NCBI GenBank assembly: GCA_020849095.1 | Contig: JADLGX010000320.1 | Location: forward strand, 1-62,776 | DNA from: Candidatus Eiseniibacteriota bacterium | GTDB lineage: Bacteria > Eisenbacteria > RBG-16-71-46 | Reading direction: 5' to 3' | Length of the DNA stretch: 62,776 bases | In this document: positions 46,371 to 54,841 of the stretch, one piece after another | Layout of the letters: each line of letters starts with the position of its first letter | Numbering within the stretch: position 1 is the stretch's first letter | Translations under genes and position numbers: made by a program | Notes under the pieces: generated by a model | What the model was told of the DNA's origin: nothing | Database searches by the model: none | What the model saw: only the letters and a program-made list of their open reading frames with translations

Positions 46371-46804
46371 GCGACACGAGCTCCGATCCGGCGGAACTGC
46401 TCGCGGAGTTCCACCGGGTCAACGAGGCGAGCGTCATAGACGCGTACCTCGGGTGCGTTGGTGAAGTCGGCGAAGGTCCGCGGTGCAGGGGAGTGGAGCG
46501 CGGCTGCCAAAACACGAGAACCGTCCTCACGCCTGCCGAAGAACAACCAGCCGTCGCTCGTTTTCTCACGTGAAGGACCGGTGAGGACGCGCTCGACCCC
46601 CCGGATAGCCGCCGCGATGACGGTGCAACGGTGCTGGTAGCGACGACGCCAACGAAGCCGGTTCTGCATCCGCGTCAGCACACGGTCGAGCTGGCTTAAA
46701 TCGCTTGAGGTTGTGGACCAGAGATCAGCCAACTTGCCCTCGCGCGCGCGTAAGGCGCGAACGGCCAGAAGCGGGAACGGCGTCGCGGCGGAAGCATGGC
46801 GCAT
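46367..46804 (-). CDS. Hypothetical protein, 145 aa
   Basis: Member of the operon chain. No motif. Confidence 0.45.
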   Translation of the reverse strand: MRHASAATPFPLLAVRALRAREGKLADLWSTTSSDLSQLDRVLTRMQNRLRWRRRYQHRCTVIAAAIRGVERVLTGPSREKTSDGWLFFGRREDGSRVLAAALHSPAPRTFADFTNAPEVRVYDARLVDPVELREQFRRIGARVA

Positions 46805-46807
46805 GCA

Positions 46808-47047
46808 TCACCTGAATGGGAAGCTGCCGGAGGCAGGCAGTGCTTCGGGTCCGATGATACTAGCTCCGGCAATGTCCTCCCCGGCGACGCCAAGAAGCTC
46901 ACTCAAGCGCGCTGTCTCGGCCGGCGTCGGTTCTATCCGCCCTCGGATGATCCGGCTCAAACGTGTCTCCGAGACCCCCATCTTTCGCGCGATGACGTAC
47001 TGGGGACCACCGTTCTCGAGCAGGGCAAGCTTCAGCTTCAAGTTCAT
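46808..47047 (-). CDS. Small HTH (XRE/Cro-like) DNA-binding protein, 79 aa
   Basis: QYVIARKMGVSETRLSRIIRGRIEPTPAE. Confidence 0.7.
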   Translation of the reverse strand: MNLKLKLALLENGGPQYVIARKMGVSETRLSRIIRGRIEPTPAETARLSELLGVAGEDIAGASIIGPEALPASGSFPFR

Positions 47048-47125
47048 GGCGGTTGCGCCACCGGCGGTGGCACCCGATCGACGCTCGAAGCTGATCCGTT
47101 TGCCTTACCGGCGGGAGCCCGGTCG

Positions 47126-48628
47126 TCAATCCGCACCCTCGTCGTCGTCCGTGGTCTCGTTGTCGATCCCGTGCATGGGAATGTCACCACGTTCACGGAG
47201 CTCCTCGATGACGAACGCGGCGCGCTCGCGCGGGTCAGTCATCGGTGGCCCGGCCGCATCAATCTCGCGCAGCTCGTCGACGTCCCGCTCCAGCGCCATC
47301 GCCAGTTGCTGAAGCCAGTCCTCGGGCGGCGGAACCAGCCGGGCCGTGATCGCAGCCTCCCAATCAGGGTCGAGCCGGAGCGGGCGGTTTCTCCGCTCGT
47401 GTGGTGCAGACTCATCGCGCGGTGCAACCCTGCCGGTGGCGCGTTCTTCGTCGCGAATGGCGTTGTTGATCTTGCGCAAACTCACACCGAGCTTCTCGGA
47501 AAGCTGGCGTGTCGTCAGACAGCCAGGCACGCGATGCTGCTTCGCGAGCTCGGCTGGTTTCCGGTGGGCGAGAATCTGCCCGCGGGTCGCTCCCTTCGGC
47601 AGGCGCCCTTCGGCGATCCATCTCCGGATGGTCTGGGGTGGCGGCATGTCCGGGTCGCGCACGTTCTGGACCTCGTACCGGAGTGCCCCGTAGACATAGC
47701 CGCCCGCTTTTTCCGGATCCCCGACGGGCGGCCGAACCGCAATCAGGCTTAGCTCTCGCAGCCGGGAAACGCCCCCTTCCGCCATGTCGGCGATTCTGCC
47801 GCCGCTCGGCGTCGGCGTCCCCTTCCGGAGAAGGCAGAACGCGATCGACCGCGCCATCTCCAGCATCCGAGGGTGAAGACCTTTCGAACCTTGCGCAAGC
47901 AGAAGTACGGCAGCTTCCTCCCAGAGTCGATCCGCCACGTCCGTACGGTCTGCTCGGTTCCTTGCAGCTCGTCTGAAGGGCTTCGGGCTGGTTCCCAGGA
48001 GGTCGTCCTCCGCCCACACCAGCTCGATGACGCCGTCGGGATCCTCGACCATGAGCCGATCGAGCACGAGGTACGGGACCGCAGGCCACATCCTGATCAC
48101 GTACTCGGCATAGTGGACAGCCAACTCGTGCGCCTGCTCCGGGCTGAAGACGACCTGGTCGCAGAACTCGTAGGCGGAAATCACGGCCGCCAGCTCTGGC
48201 TCCAGCAACAGCGCCGACGGCACTGGTACCCTCAACCAAGTGCGGTGCTGGTAGACGCCCTCGAACAGAAAGTTGTCGACGACCCCACGGATTATGTGGG
48301 CCATGAACCAGCGGACCTGGACATCTTCCCAAGGCTCCTCTGCCGACCGGATCAAGGCTCGAGCGCGGAAGAGCGGTTCGAGAAGTGGCTCATCCCGCGC
48401 CACGTCAGGTCGCTGGAGTATTGTACGCACCTTCGCAAGGAGGCTGCTGGTGGTGTCGGCCACTCCTTCGGTGCCCACAGCCGGGGATGGCTGCGCTCGA
48501 GCGGCCGGACGAGACTGCTGGTGCACGCGGCTGAGTCTAGCGCCGACGACCCGTCCGGCAACGCGGCCGTAGCCAGTGGTGGGGACGGTGTTCCGCGAAC
48601 TGGACAGTCGTGGAGGACGACAAAACAA
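47126..48628 (-). CDS. Hypothetical protein with a C-proximal HTH, up to 500 aa (start uncertain)
   Basis: Long ORF. HTH-like LTTRQLSEKLGVSLRKINNAIRDE. The first ~60 codons look non-coding. Confidence 0.5.
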   Translation of the reverse strand: MFCRPPRLSSSRNTVPTTGYGRVAGRVVGARLSRVHQQSRPAARAQPSPAVGTEGVADTTSSLLAKVRTILQRPDVARDEPLLEPLFRARALIRSAEEPWEDVQVRWFMAHIIRGVVDNFLFEGVYQHRTWLRVPVPSALLLEPELAAVISAYEFCDQVVFSPEQAHELAVHYAEYVIRMWPAVPYLVLDRLMVEDPDGVIELVWAEDDLLGTSPKPFRRAARNRADRTDVADRLWEEAAVLLLAQGSKGLHPRMLEMARSIAFCLLRKGTPTPSGGRIADMAEGGVSRLRELSLIAVRPPVGDPEKAGGYVYGALRYEVQNVRDPDMPPPQTIRRWIAEGRLPKGATRGQILAHRKPAELAKQHRVPGCLTTRQLSEKLGVSLRKINNAIRDEERATGRVAPRDESAPHERRNRPLRLDPDWEAAITARLVPPPEDWLQQLAMALERDVDELREIDAAGPPMTDPRERAAFVIEELRERGDIPMHGIDNETTDDDEGAD

Positions 48629-48695
48629 CCCGGGCTCTATCGCTGGACCTACGGGTCGTTAACCAGGCCCTGATCCAACATCTTAGAGAGCGAGG

Positions 48696-50822
48696 TTAAT
48701 TCCCGTCACCCTCCAGAAGATCCTCGATCTCCTTCCAGATCAAGGACGACCCGTACGTCTTCTTCGCCTTGCTGATCGCAGCTCCGCTGACCTGCAGTAT
48801 CCCAGCGAGCTCTCGCTGGGTAATCCGGTTCTTTTCTTGTCCACTGCCACGGATCTCCCTGAGCAGATCTCTTGCCCGGACAAGGAGCTCAGGCTCCTCG
48901 TCCAGCAGATCCGCTTCCTTCACCAGCTCGGTGCCGATCAGGTCGAGCGGCACGCTCGACATGAAGAACGCCATCTTCTCGTCGGCCGCGTCGTCGAAAG
49001 GACGGATCCGGAAAATGGCTTGCTGGTATTCGCCACCATGGAGCTCGTAGAAGATCAGGTGCCGCAACCCGTGGGCGTAGCCACGGTCGGGCTGGCGGAA
49101 CTCTTCACCGTCCTGGGTGACGACAGCATGGTGGGAATCGTCGCCCCTGGCCGGAACGATCTCGTAGTTGAACGGCTCTTCGCCTGGCATCGGCGGTACC
49201 AACGACATGAACGCGCGGGTCCTCGCCTCCATCTCGAGCTGGTTGATCTCGGGCGCACCGATGACGAACAACGCGTCGTAGTCGGCGAACCGGTTCTGGC
49301 CCCGCTCGGCCCAGTAGTGTCCGATGTCGGCGAGGGCGAACTGTTCCAGCACCTCCTGTCGGACGTGGTGCAGCTCCATCAGCCCCTTCTTGATGATCAG
49401 CCCCACCCGGTCGGACGGGTTCTCTTTCTTGTACCTGGCGACGACCCGCATCAACCGCTTGCTCGCCGCCCCGCCCGGCGTCGCCAGCGTACTGGCGGGG
49501 TACCGGTGGTCCACGGCCTGGACGACACGGGTGCGCTGTTCAGGGTCCGCCGTCACGCAGATGACGCGGCGCCCGCCGAACAGGCGGCTGTAGACCGCGG
49601 GGAAGCCCGTGGCATCCAGCAGAACGACGGGGATCTGGGGCGGGATCGGCGGGGCGATGTATCGACCGGCCACAATGCCGCCGGCACCACGCTCGCTCGG
49701 CAGCACGAGTACGCACGTCGGCCGCTCGGCCGTGTCCTCCGCCAGTGCGTCGAAAAGCTGATGAACCTTTCCGCGGAGTGTGGACGGGACACTCTTCGGC
49801 AGCATCTGGAGGGTCATCCGAATCGCTCGGGGATCCAGCCTGGTCTTGCCGGGCTCCAGTACGGGCTGCAACACGGCAGCGTTCCCGGCAATGACGTCGT
49901 CGGCGCTGGGGATCACGTTCAACAACTCGAGCCCCAGGTCCCGCATGAGGCTTCGCAGGGCAATGCGACGACGACTCAGGGGCGGCGGCGAGAGCAGGGT
50001 CTGGCACGCACCGAAGAACTGCAACAATGCGGCGACGGTAGTGGCAGTCGATTGTGTGGGCAGCGGAGCGAGCGCAGACACAATTGCGTCGACCTCGGCC
50101 GGGGAGAGGGTGATGCTCTGAAGCATCACCGAAGTGGGCGATTCGTCGATCACGACGATGTCTCGCCCGGCGTACAGGTCTGGCTTCTCGACCTTCAACG
50201 CGAGCCACACGTGCGGGGCAAACAACCACTGCGTCGCGGGGCGCCACTGGAGATACCGGCAGCGCGGTCGGTCCGGGCACGTGCGGCACGCTAGCGCCTT
50301 CTCGAATCGACCCAGGTTCTGTTCGCGCAAGGGCGCGACCCTGGCGTCGTACTGTGTGCATGCGCCGGGATCGGCCCTCGCAAGTCGCTTCTCGACCGTC
50401 GGCACCACCATAGTCGCATTCTGTGGTGCGTGGGGCGTGACCAGCGGGCCAACATCCGGTACCGGAGCACCGAGGAATTCCCGCAGCTGGTCCATCATCT
50501 CGTTGCGCTCCGCGTGCCAGACCACCGAGTGGTTGCGCAGCAGGTGCGCGGTCATGCGCGTCTTGCCAACCCCACCCGGTGCCGTGACCAGCACGAGCGG
50601 CGCGGGGCTTTCGGCCGAGCTCAACGCTTCGGCGAGCGCCCCGCGGAGCCCGATGGCGAACGAGCGACGTACCTCTGCAAGTCCCGACATCTGATCTGTG
50701 GCGGGAGTAGCCGGGCAGCGATTGGCGACGGACACTCGGCGCGGCTCGCTGGCCGACATACACCCTGGCGAGCTGAAGCCCGGTCGGGTGGCTGCCCGAC
50801 GGGGCTCGTCTATCTTGGTCAC
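48696..50822 (-). CDS. P-loop NTPase, putative replication/primase-helicase-like protein with C-terminal HTH, 708 aa
   Basis: Walker A VTAPGGVGKT, Walker B-like VVIDESPT, C-terminal ITQRELAGILQVSGAAISKAKK. ATGA overlap with the upstream gene. Confidence 0.6.
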   Translation of the reverse strand: MTKIDEPRRAATRPGFSSPGCMSASEPRRVSVANRCPATPATDQMSGLAEVRRSFAIGLRGALAEALSSAESPAPLVLVTAPGGVGKTRMTAHLLRNHSVVWHAERNEMMDQLREFLGAPVPDVGPLVTPHAPQNATMVVPTVEKRLARADPGACTQYDARVAPLREQNLGRFEKALACRTCPDRPRCRYLQWRPATQWLFAPHVWLALKVEKPDLYAGRDIVVIDESPTSVMLQSITLSPAEVDAIVSALAPLPTQSTATTVAALLQFFGACQTLLSPPPLSRRRIALRSLMRDLGLELLNVIPSADDVIAGNAAVLQPVLEPGKTRLDPRAIRMTLQMLPKSVPSTLRGKVHQLFDALAEDTAERPTCVLVLPSERGAGGIVAGRYIAPPIPPQIPVVLLDATGFPAVYSRLFGGRRVICVTADPEQRTRVVQAVDHRYPASTLATPGGAASKRLMRVVARYKKENPSDRVGLIIKKGLMELHHVRQEVLEQFALADIGHYWAERGQNRFADYDALFVIGAPEINQLEMEARTRAFMSLVPPMPGEEPFNYEIVPARGDDSHHAVVTQDGEEFRQPDRGYAHGLRHLIFYELHGGEYQQAIFRIRPFDDAADEKMAFFMSSVPLDLIGTELVKEADLLDEEPELLVRARDLLREIRGSGQEKNRITQRELAGILQVSGAAISKAKKTYGSSLIWKEIEDLLEGDGN

Positions 50823-51787
50823 AGCGGCTCTGGTTCAGCCACCGAAAACAAGACCGGTGGCCTGTAGATTTGGTCGGGGTCAACGCCCCCGAGGCGCCCG
50901 TCTCCGTCACTCACGAAAACACCAAGGCGTCCATTCCACTCCGGCAACACGAAGCGGGTGGGCGCGCGGCTCACGTCGACGGGGATGTGCCGCCGGTGAT
51001 CTCGCAGGATGATCCGCGTGAACGTGCACTCGTGCTCGGCCAGGTCGAGTCCCGCGATGCACGCGGCAAGCCCGCCGCTCCGGTAGCGCGGCTTGCGCGC
51101 CCGGTTGCGCATCGGCCGCTGCTGCATGGCGATCCAGACGGTCGCTACCGCCGCGCAGATGGGTGCCAACACCGGCTGTTCTTCGAGTCGGCGGGCGCCG
51201 CCGATCGTCTCCTGCATCCTTGGCGCAAGGTGCACGGCGAGCGCCATGACCTCCCGGTCCACCGCGGGCGATGCACCATAGGGCAGAACCGGTTTCGGAA
51301 ACGCTTCTTTGCAAGTGTCGAACGTCGCGGTGACCGCAGCGGGCGGGGGCACAACGCACAACCCCAGCGTGTAGACGGGCGGGAGCACGAAGCCCGCAGC
51401 GGATTGCGGATCAGTCTGCCGAGCGAGACCTGCGGCTAGCTGCCAATCGTTGTCGAGGTCGTATCCGTCGAGTTCGTGCACGAGTGCGAATCCGGCGTGA
51501 TTCCGCGCACGGACGCGCTTCACCAACTCGACGCGCCGGCCTGCGGCGTCGCCAACGCCGTAGGGCACGAGCCACTGCTCGATCGGCCCCGGCCGGAGTC
51601 CGGGTCCAGCCAGCGCCAGCGCGGTTCCCAGTCCGGGTTCCGTGTCCTCCGCCTCGTCATATGCGAACGCCCCGGCCGTCATCTCGATTGCGATGTCCGC
51701 CAGCGCGTCGCGCTCTACGTCGTCAATCTCGGCGAGCACATCTGCCGCGAAGACCTGCGGGTAGATCTGGACGGACTTCACGCACAA
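50819..51787 (-). CDS. Hypothetical protein, 322 aa
   Basis: ORF (TTG start in the track, so the start is uncertain) coupled to the P-loop gene. No motif. Confidence 0.45.
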   Translation of the reverse strand: MCVKSVQIYPQVFAADVLAEIDDVERDALADIAIEMTAGAFAYDEAEDTEPGLGTALALAGPGLRPGPIEQWLVPYGVGDAAGRRVELVKRVRARNHAGFALVHELDGYDLDNDWQLAAGLARQTDPQSAAGFVLPPVYTLGLCVVPPPAAVTATFDTCKEAFPKPVLPYGASPAVDREVMALAVHLAPRMQETIGGARRLEEQPVLAPICAAVATVWIAMQQRPMRNRARKPRYRSGGLAACIAGLDLAEHECTFTRIILRDHRRHIPVDVSRAPTRFVLPEWNGRLGVFVSDGDGRLGGVDPDQIYRPPVLFSVAEPEPL

Positions 51788-52453
51788 CTCCTATCGCACC
51801 AGCGCGGAAACCGCGAAGACCACGCGGCGCGAAGACGCCCCACGGCGTCTCCGCGGCTCCCGTGCCCACTGAGGGCCGGACCGGCCGGGCGCGGCACAAC
51901 GTGAGGGCGGATCACCTTCGAGCGTCGTTCAGATGACGCCACAGGCGGCGTCGCCAGGAGCCTGCATGAGCCGACGGACCGCGTGTGCCACGACCGCTAC
52001 TGTCAACAAGTGGGGCGGGGGTGGGAGCCAACAGCCGCTCGGCCCTTCGAACGCGCCCCGCACGGTCCCTCAACTCGCCAAGTTGCCGAGGACTACTCGC
52101 TACCGACTCGCATGCCGACTGGGCCTCGACGACAGCCAGCCGAACTTCCTCGAGTTGACGGCGCAGGAGCAGGGCGAGATCCTCGCCGACTCGCTGGCTG
52201 CTCTCGACCGCAAGCGCGGTTGAGGCGCGATGTCTCCCTTACTGGAGTGTCACCGCCGACACGACGGCGACCATTCGGAATGCGTACGGTTGCGTACTCA
52301 CGAAGGTGATGCCCGGCATCGCGCTCCAGGTCGTGCAGTTTGTCGTTTCGCACTTCGACTAGATAGCGCTCGCTGTCGCAGCAGTCAGCCGAGCCACTCG
52401 AAGCACGGTATCGGTAATAACAACTCTGAGGACGCGCTTCGCGGGGCTTCTCC

Positions 52454-52867
52454 ATGACCCCGGTGCTTCTCACCGTTGCCGAGACGAGCGCGCTCCTCCG
52501 CGTCAGCACGCGGACCGTGCGCCGGCTGATCGCTGATCGCCAGCTCGTCGCGCACCGCATTGGTCGATTGATTCGCGTCGATGCTTCGAGCGTGACGCGC
52601 TTGCTCACGACCACCGTGATGGTGGCCGCCGTGGAGGCAAATACGTGTCCACCAAGAAACGAAAGGGGCGCCGGAAGTACGCCCCGCATGTCCCACACCT
52701 CGTCCGTCAACGCGGCAAGAACCGCTACTGGACGGGGTGGCTCGAAGGCAAGGAATTCAACCTGCACACCGCCGATGCCCAAGAAGCACAGCGACGGCTC
52801 GATGCGCTGGCCGGCGAGCGCAGCCGAGCTGAAGACGATGGTGAAACAAATCAGAAGACCCCACTGA
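52454..52867 (+). CDS. xis: Excisionase-family (MerR-like HTH_17) DNA-binding protein; the ORF runs 223 nt into the integrase gene
   Basis: LLTVAETSALLRVSTRTVRRLIADRQLVAHRIGRLIRVDASSV occupies the first ~50 codons. The remaining ~85 codons look like out-of-frame read-through. Confidence 0.7.
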   Translation: MTPVLLTVAETSALLRVSTRTVRRLIADRQLVAHRIGRLIRVDASSVTRLLTTTVMVAAVEANTCPPRNERGAGSTPRMSHTSSVNAARTATGRGGSKARNSTCTPPMPKKHSDGSMRWPASAAELKTMVKQIRRPH

Positions 52868-53715
52868 CCGAGCTTGCCGCTCGGTACATCGAGCACATCC
52901 AACCGCCCCGAAACACCCCGAAGACATCCAAGACCTACGCAAACCGAATCTTGACGTTCGTCACCAGGGCCGAAACGCTGGGCGTCCATCAAGCGTCCGA
53001 GGTGAGCTTCAAGTTCATGTCTGACTTCGTCCGTGAGCGAGCGAAGTCCGGCGTCTCTGGAACTACGATCAATCGCGACGTCGCCCCGGTGAAACGCATG
53101 TTCGACTTTGGGAAGCGAGAAGGTCTGCTCGCGTCGAACCCATTCAATCACCCCGACTTCAAGGAGCTCAGGATGCGGGAGGCCAGGCCGAGGCCGAACT
53201 CCGTCACGCTGTCCCTGGAGCTGGTCGATCGCTTCATTTCGAGAGCGCACGAGATGCTGCACCTTGGCTACGCAGCGCTCTTCGAGGTCACAGCCGGAAG
53301 CGCGATTCGCGTTGATGAAGCGCGGCACCTTGACCACGCAGACCTCGACACAACTGGCGGATACCTCGGCGTCACGCCCAAGAAGAACTGGACGACCAAG
53401 AACTACCGGTACAGGACCATCCCAGTGTCGAAGGCGACGCTGGCGGCGGCGGCGAAGTTCATCGCCAATCGGCACGAGGTGAGGCTGGACGACAAGGCAA
53501 CCTGGACCGCCATCAAGACGGTCTGCGAGGCGATGGGGGTCAAGCCCTTCACCATGCACGACCTGCGGCGCTTCTGGGGCAGCGCCATGCACGCGAATGG
53601 GGCCAGCCTGAAGCAGGTCAGCGTGCTACTCGGTCACTCTGGCGTGGCTGTCACAGAGCGCTACCTACGTGTGCTGGATGGCCAGGTGGTGGCCCACGCC
53701 TTCCTGCCCCGCTAG
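52645..53715 (+). CDS. int: Tyrosine recombinase / phage-type integrase, 356 aa
   Basis: GTG start. Catalytic region ...AIRVDEARHL..., HDLRRFWGSAM, LLGHSGVAVTERYL (R, H-x-x-R, H, Y). Confidence 0.9.
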   Translation: MSTKKRKGRRKYAPHVPHLVRQRGKNRYWTGWLEGKEFNLHTADAQEAQRRLDALAGERSRAEDDGETNQKTPLTELAARYIEHIQPPRNTPKTSKTYANRILTFVTRAETLGVHQASEVSFKFMSDFVRERAKSGVSGTTINRDVAPVKRMFDFGKREGLLASNPFNHPDFKELRMREARPRPNSVTLSLELVDRFISRAHEMLHLGYAALFEVTAGSAIRVDEARHLDHADLDTTGGYLGVTPKKNWTTKNYRYRTIPVSKATLAAAAKFIANRHEVRLDDKATWTAIKTVCEAMGVKPFTMHDLRRFWGSAMHANGASLKQVSVLLGHSGVAVTERYLRVLDGQVVAHAFLPR

Positions 53716-53989
53716 GACGTCCCGCCCGTGGCCAGCGGCCACAGTGGGGTGGCTCGCGGGTCGAAGATCCGTAAGTATTCCATGTTGTTCCACTAATCGG
53801 CGGGACTGTCCATCGGCTGAGAAATGCGGAAGTCTACGAGCACCACGAGGGGCTAACCTCAGGGCCTGGGCACAACGCACGCAGCAGCCTCATCAAAAGG
53901 CTCGTTCCCGCTGCCTTACCCTAGGAAGCAACCAGAAGGGGCCGGCGACCGAAGTCCGCCTGGTCGATTGATAGAGAAGGAATCGTCGC

Positions 53990-54835
53990 GTGGCACGAGC
54001 AGAGAAGGTTCTTCAGTTCGCGACCGTCCCGCGTGATCTTGATCGAGACGCGGCACTGGTGGTGGCACATCACCCGGAACGGTCGCGCGGAGATATCGTC
54101 CTTGCGCCCGACATGCAGGGTCGCCTGGAGCGCGTCATCGATGAGTTCCGCGCACAGACTGACCTCGCCCGCCACGGCCTTTCGCCCAAGAGCAGGCTGC
54201 TGTTCGTCGGACCGCCGGGATGCGGCAAGACGCTCTGCGCAGATATCTTGGCCGGCGAGCTCGGACTCGATCTCCTGCACGCGCGGTTTGATGGCATCGT
54301 CTCCTCATACTTAGGCGAGACAGCGAACAACCTTCGCCGTGTCTTCGCCTACGCCAGCCAGCAGAAGGCAGTCCTGTTCTTCGACGAGTTCGATGCGGTC
54401 GGCAAGCGACGCGATGATCCCCAGGAGGTCGGAGAACTAAAGCGTGTGGTGAGCAGTTTTCTCCAGATCCTTGACGCTCACCCGCGAGATCGCATGGTCG
54501 TTGCCGCCACGAACCACGAGGGAATGCTCGACGATGCGCTCTGGCGTCGGTTCGACGAGATCCTCTATTTCGGGCGACCCGTCCACGCTCAGCTCGTGGA
54601 GTTGATAGAGCTGCGGCTCAAGAGCGTGCGAAAGAGGGGCGTCGACGTCGATGCTCTGGCGACCGAGATGGCGGGCTTCTCGTATGCCGATGCCGAGCGC
54701 GTCTGTCTCGAGGCCACCAAGGCAATGCTGCTTCGGGGCGCGAAGGAGATGACTCGGGACGTTCTTGACCGGGAACTTTCGGAGCAGCGTGTGCGGCTGG
54801 CGCTTGCCAAGGGGCTGCACGACAAGACAACGTAG
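53990..54835 (+). CDS. ietA: Classic-clade AAA+ ATPase, IetA-like, 281 aa
   Basis: GPPGCGKT Walker A, LFFDEFD Walker B, second region of homology ATNHEGMLDDALWRRF. GTG start after GAAGGA. Confidence 0.65.
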   Translation: MARAEKVLQFATVPRDLDRDAALVVAHHPERSRGDIVLAPDMQGRLERVIDEFRAQTDLARHGLSPKSRLLFVGPPGCGKTLCADILAGELGLDLLHARFDGIVSSYLGETANNLRRVFAYASQQKAVLFFDEFDAVGKRRDDPQEVGELKRVVSSFLQILDAHPRDRMVVAATNHEGMLDDALWRRFDEILYFGRPVHAQLVELIELRLKSVRKRGVDVDALATEMAGFSYADAERVCLEATKAMLLRGAKEMTRDVLDRELSEQRVRLALAKGLHDKTT

Positions 54836-54841
54836 CGTCCC

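Noticed and set aside
53768-53780. T-arm-like GGGTCGAAGATCC just downstream of int, considered as an internal att site
   Set aside because: It does not match the GGTTCGAATCC of the tRNA-Ser repeat, and there is no flanking acceptor-stem sequence.
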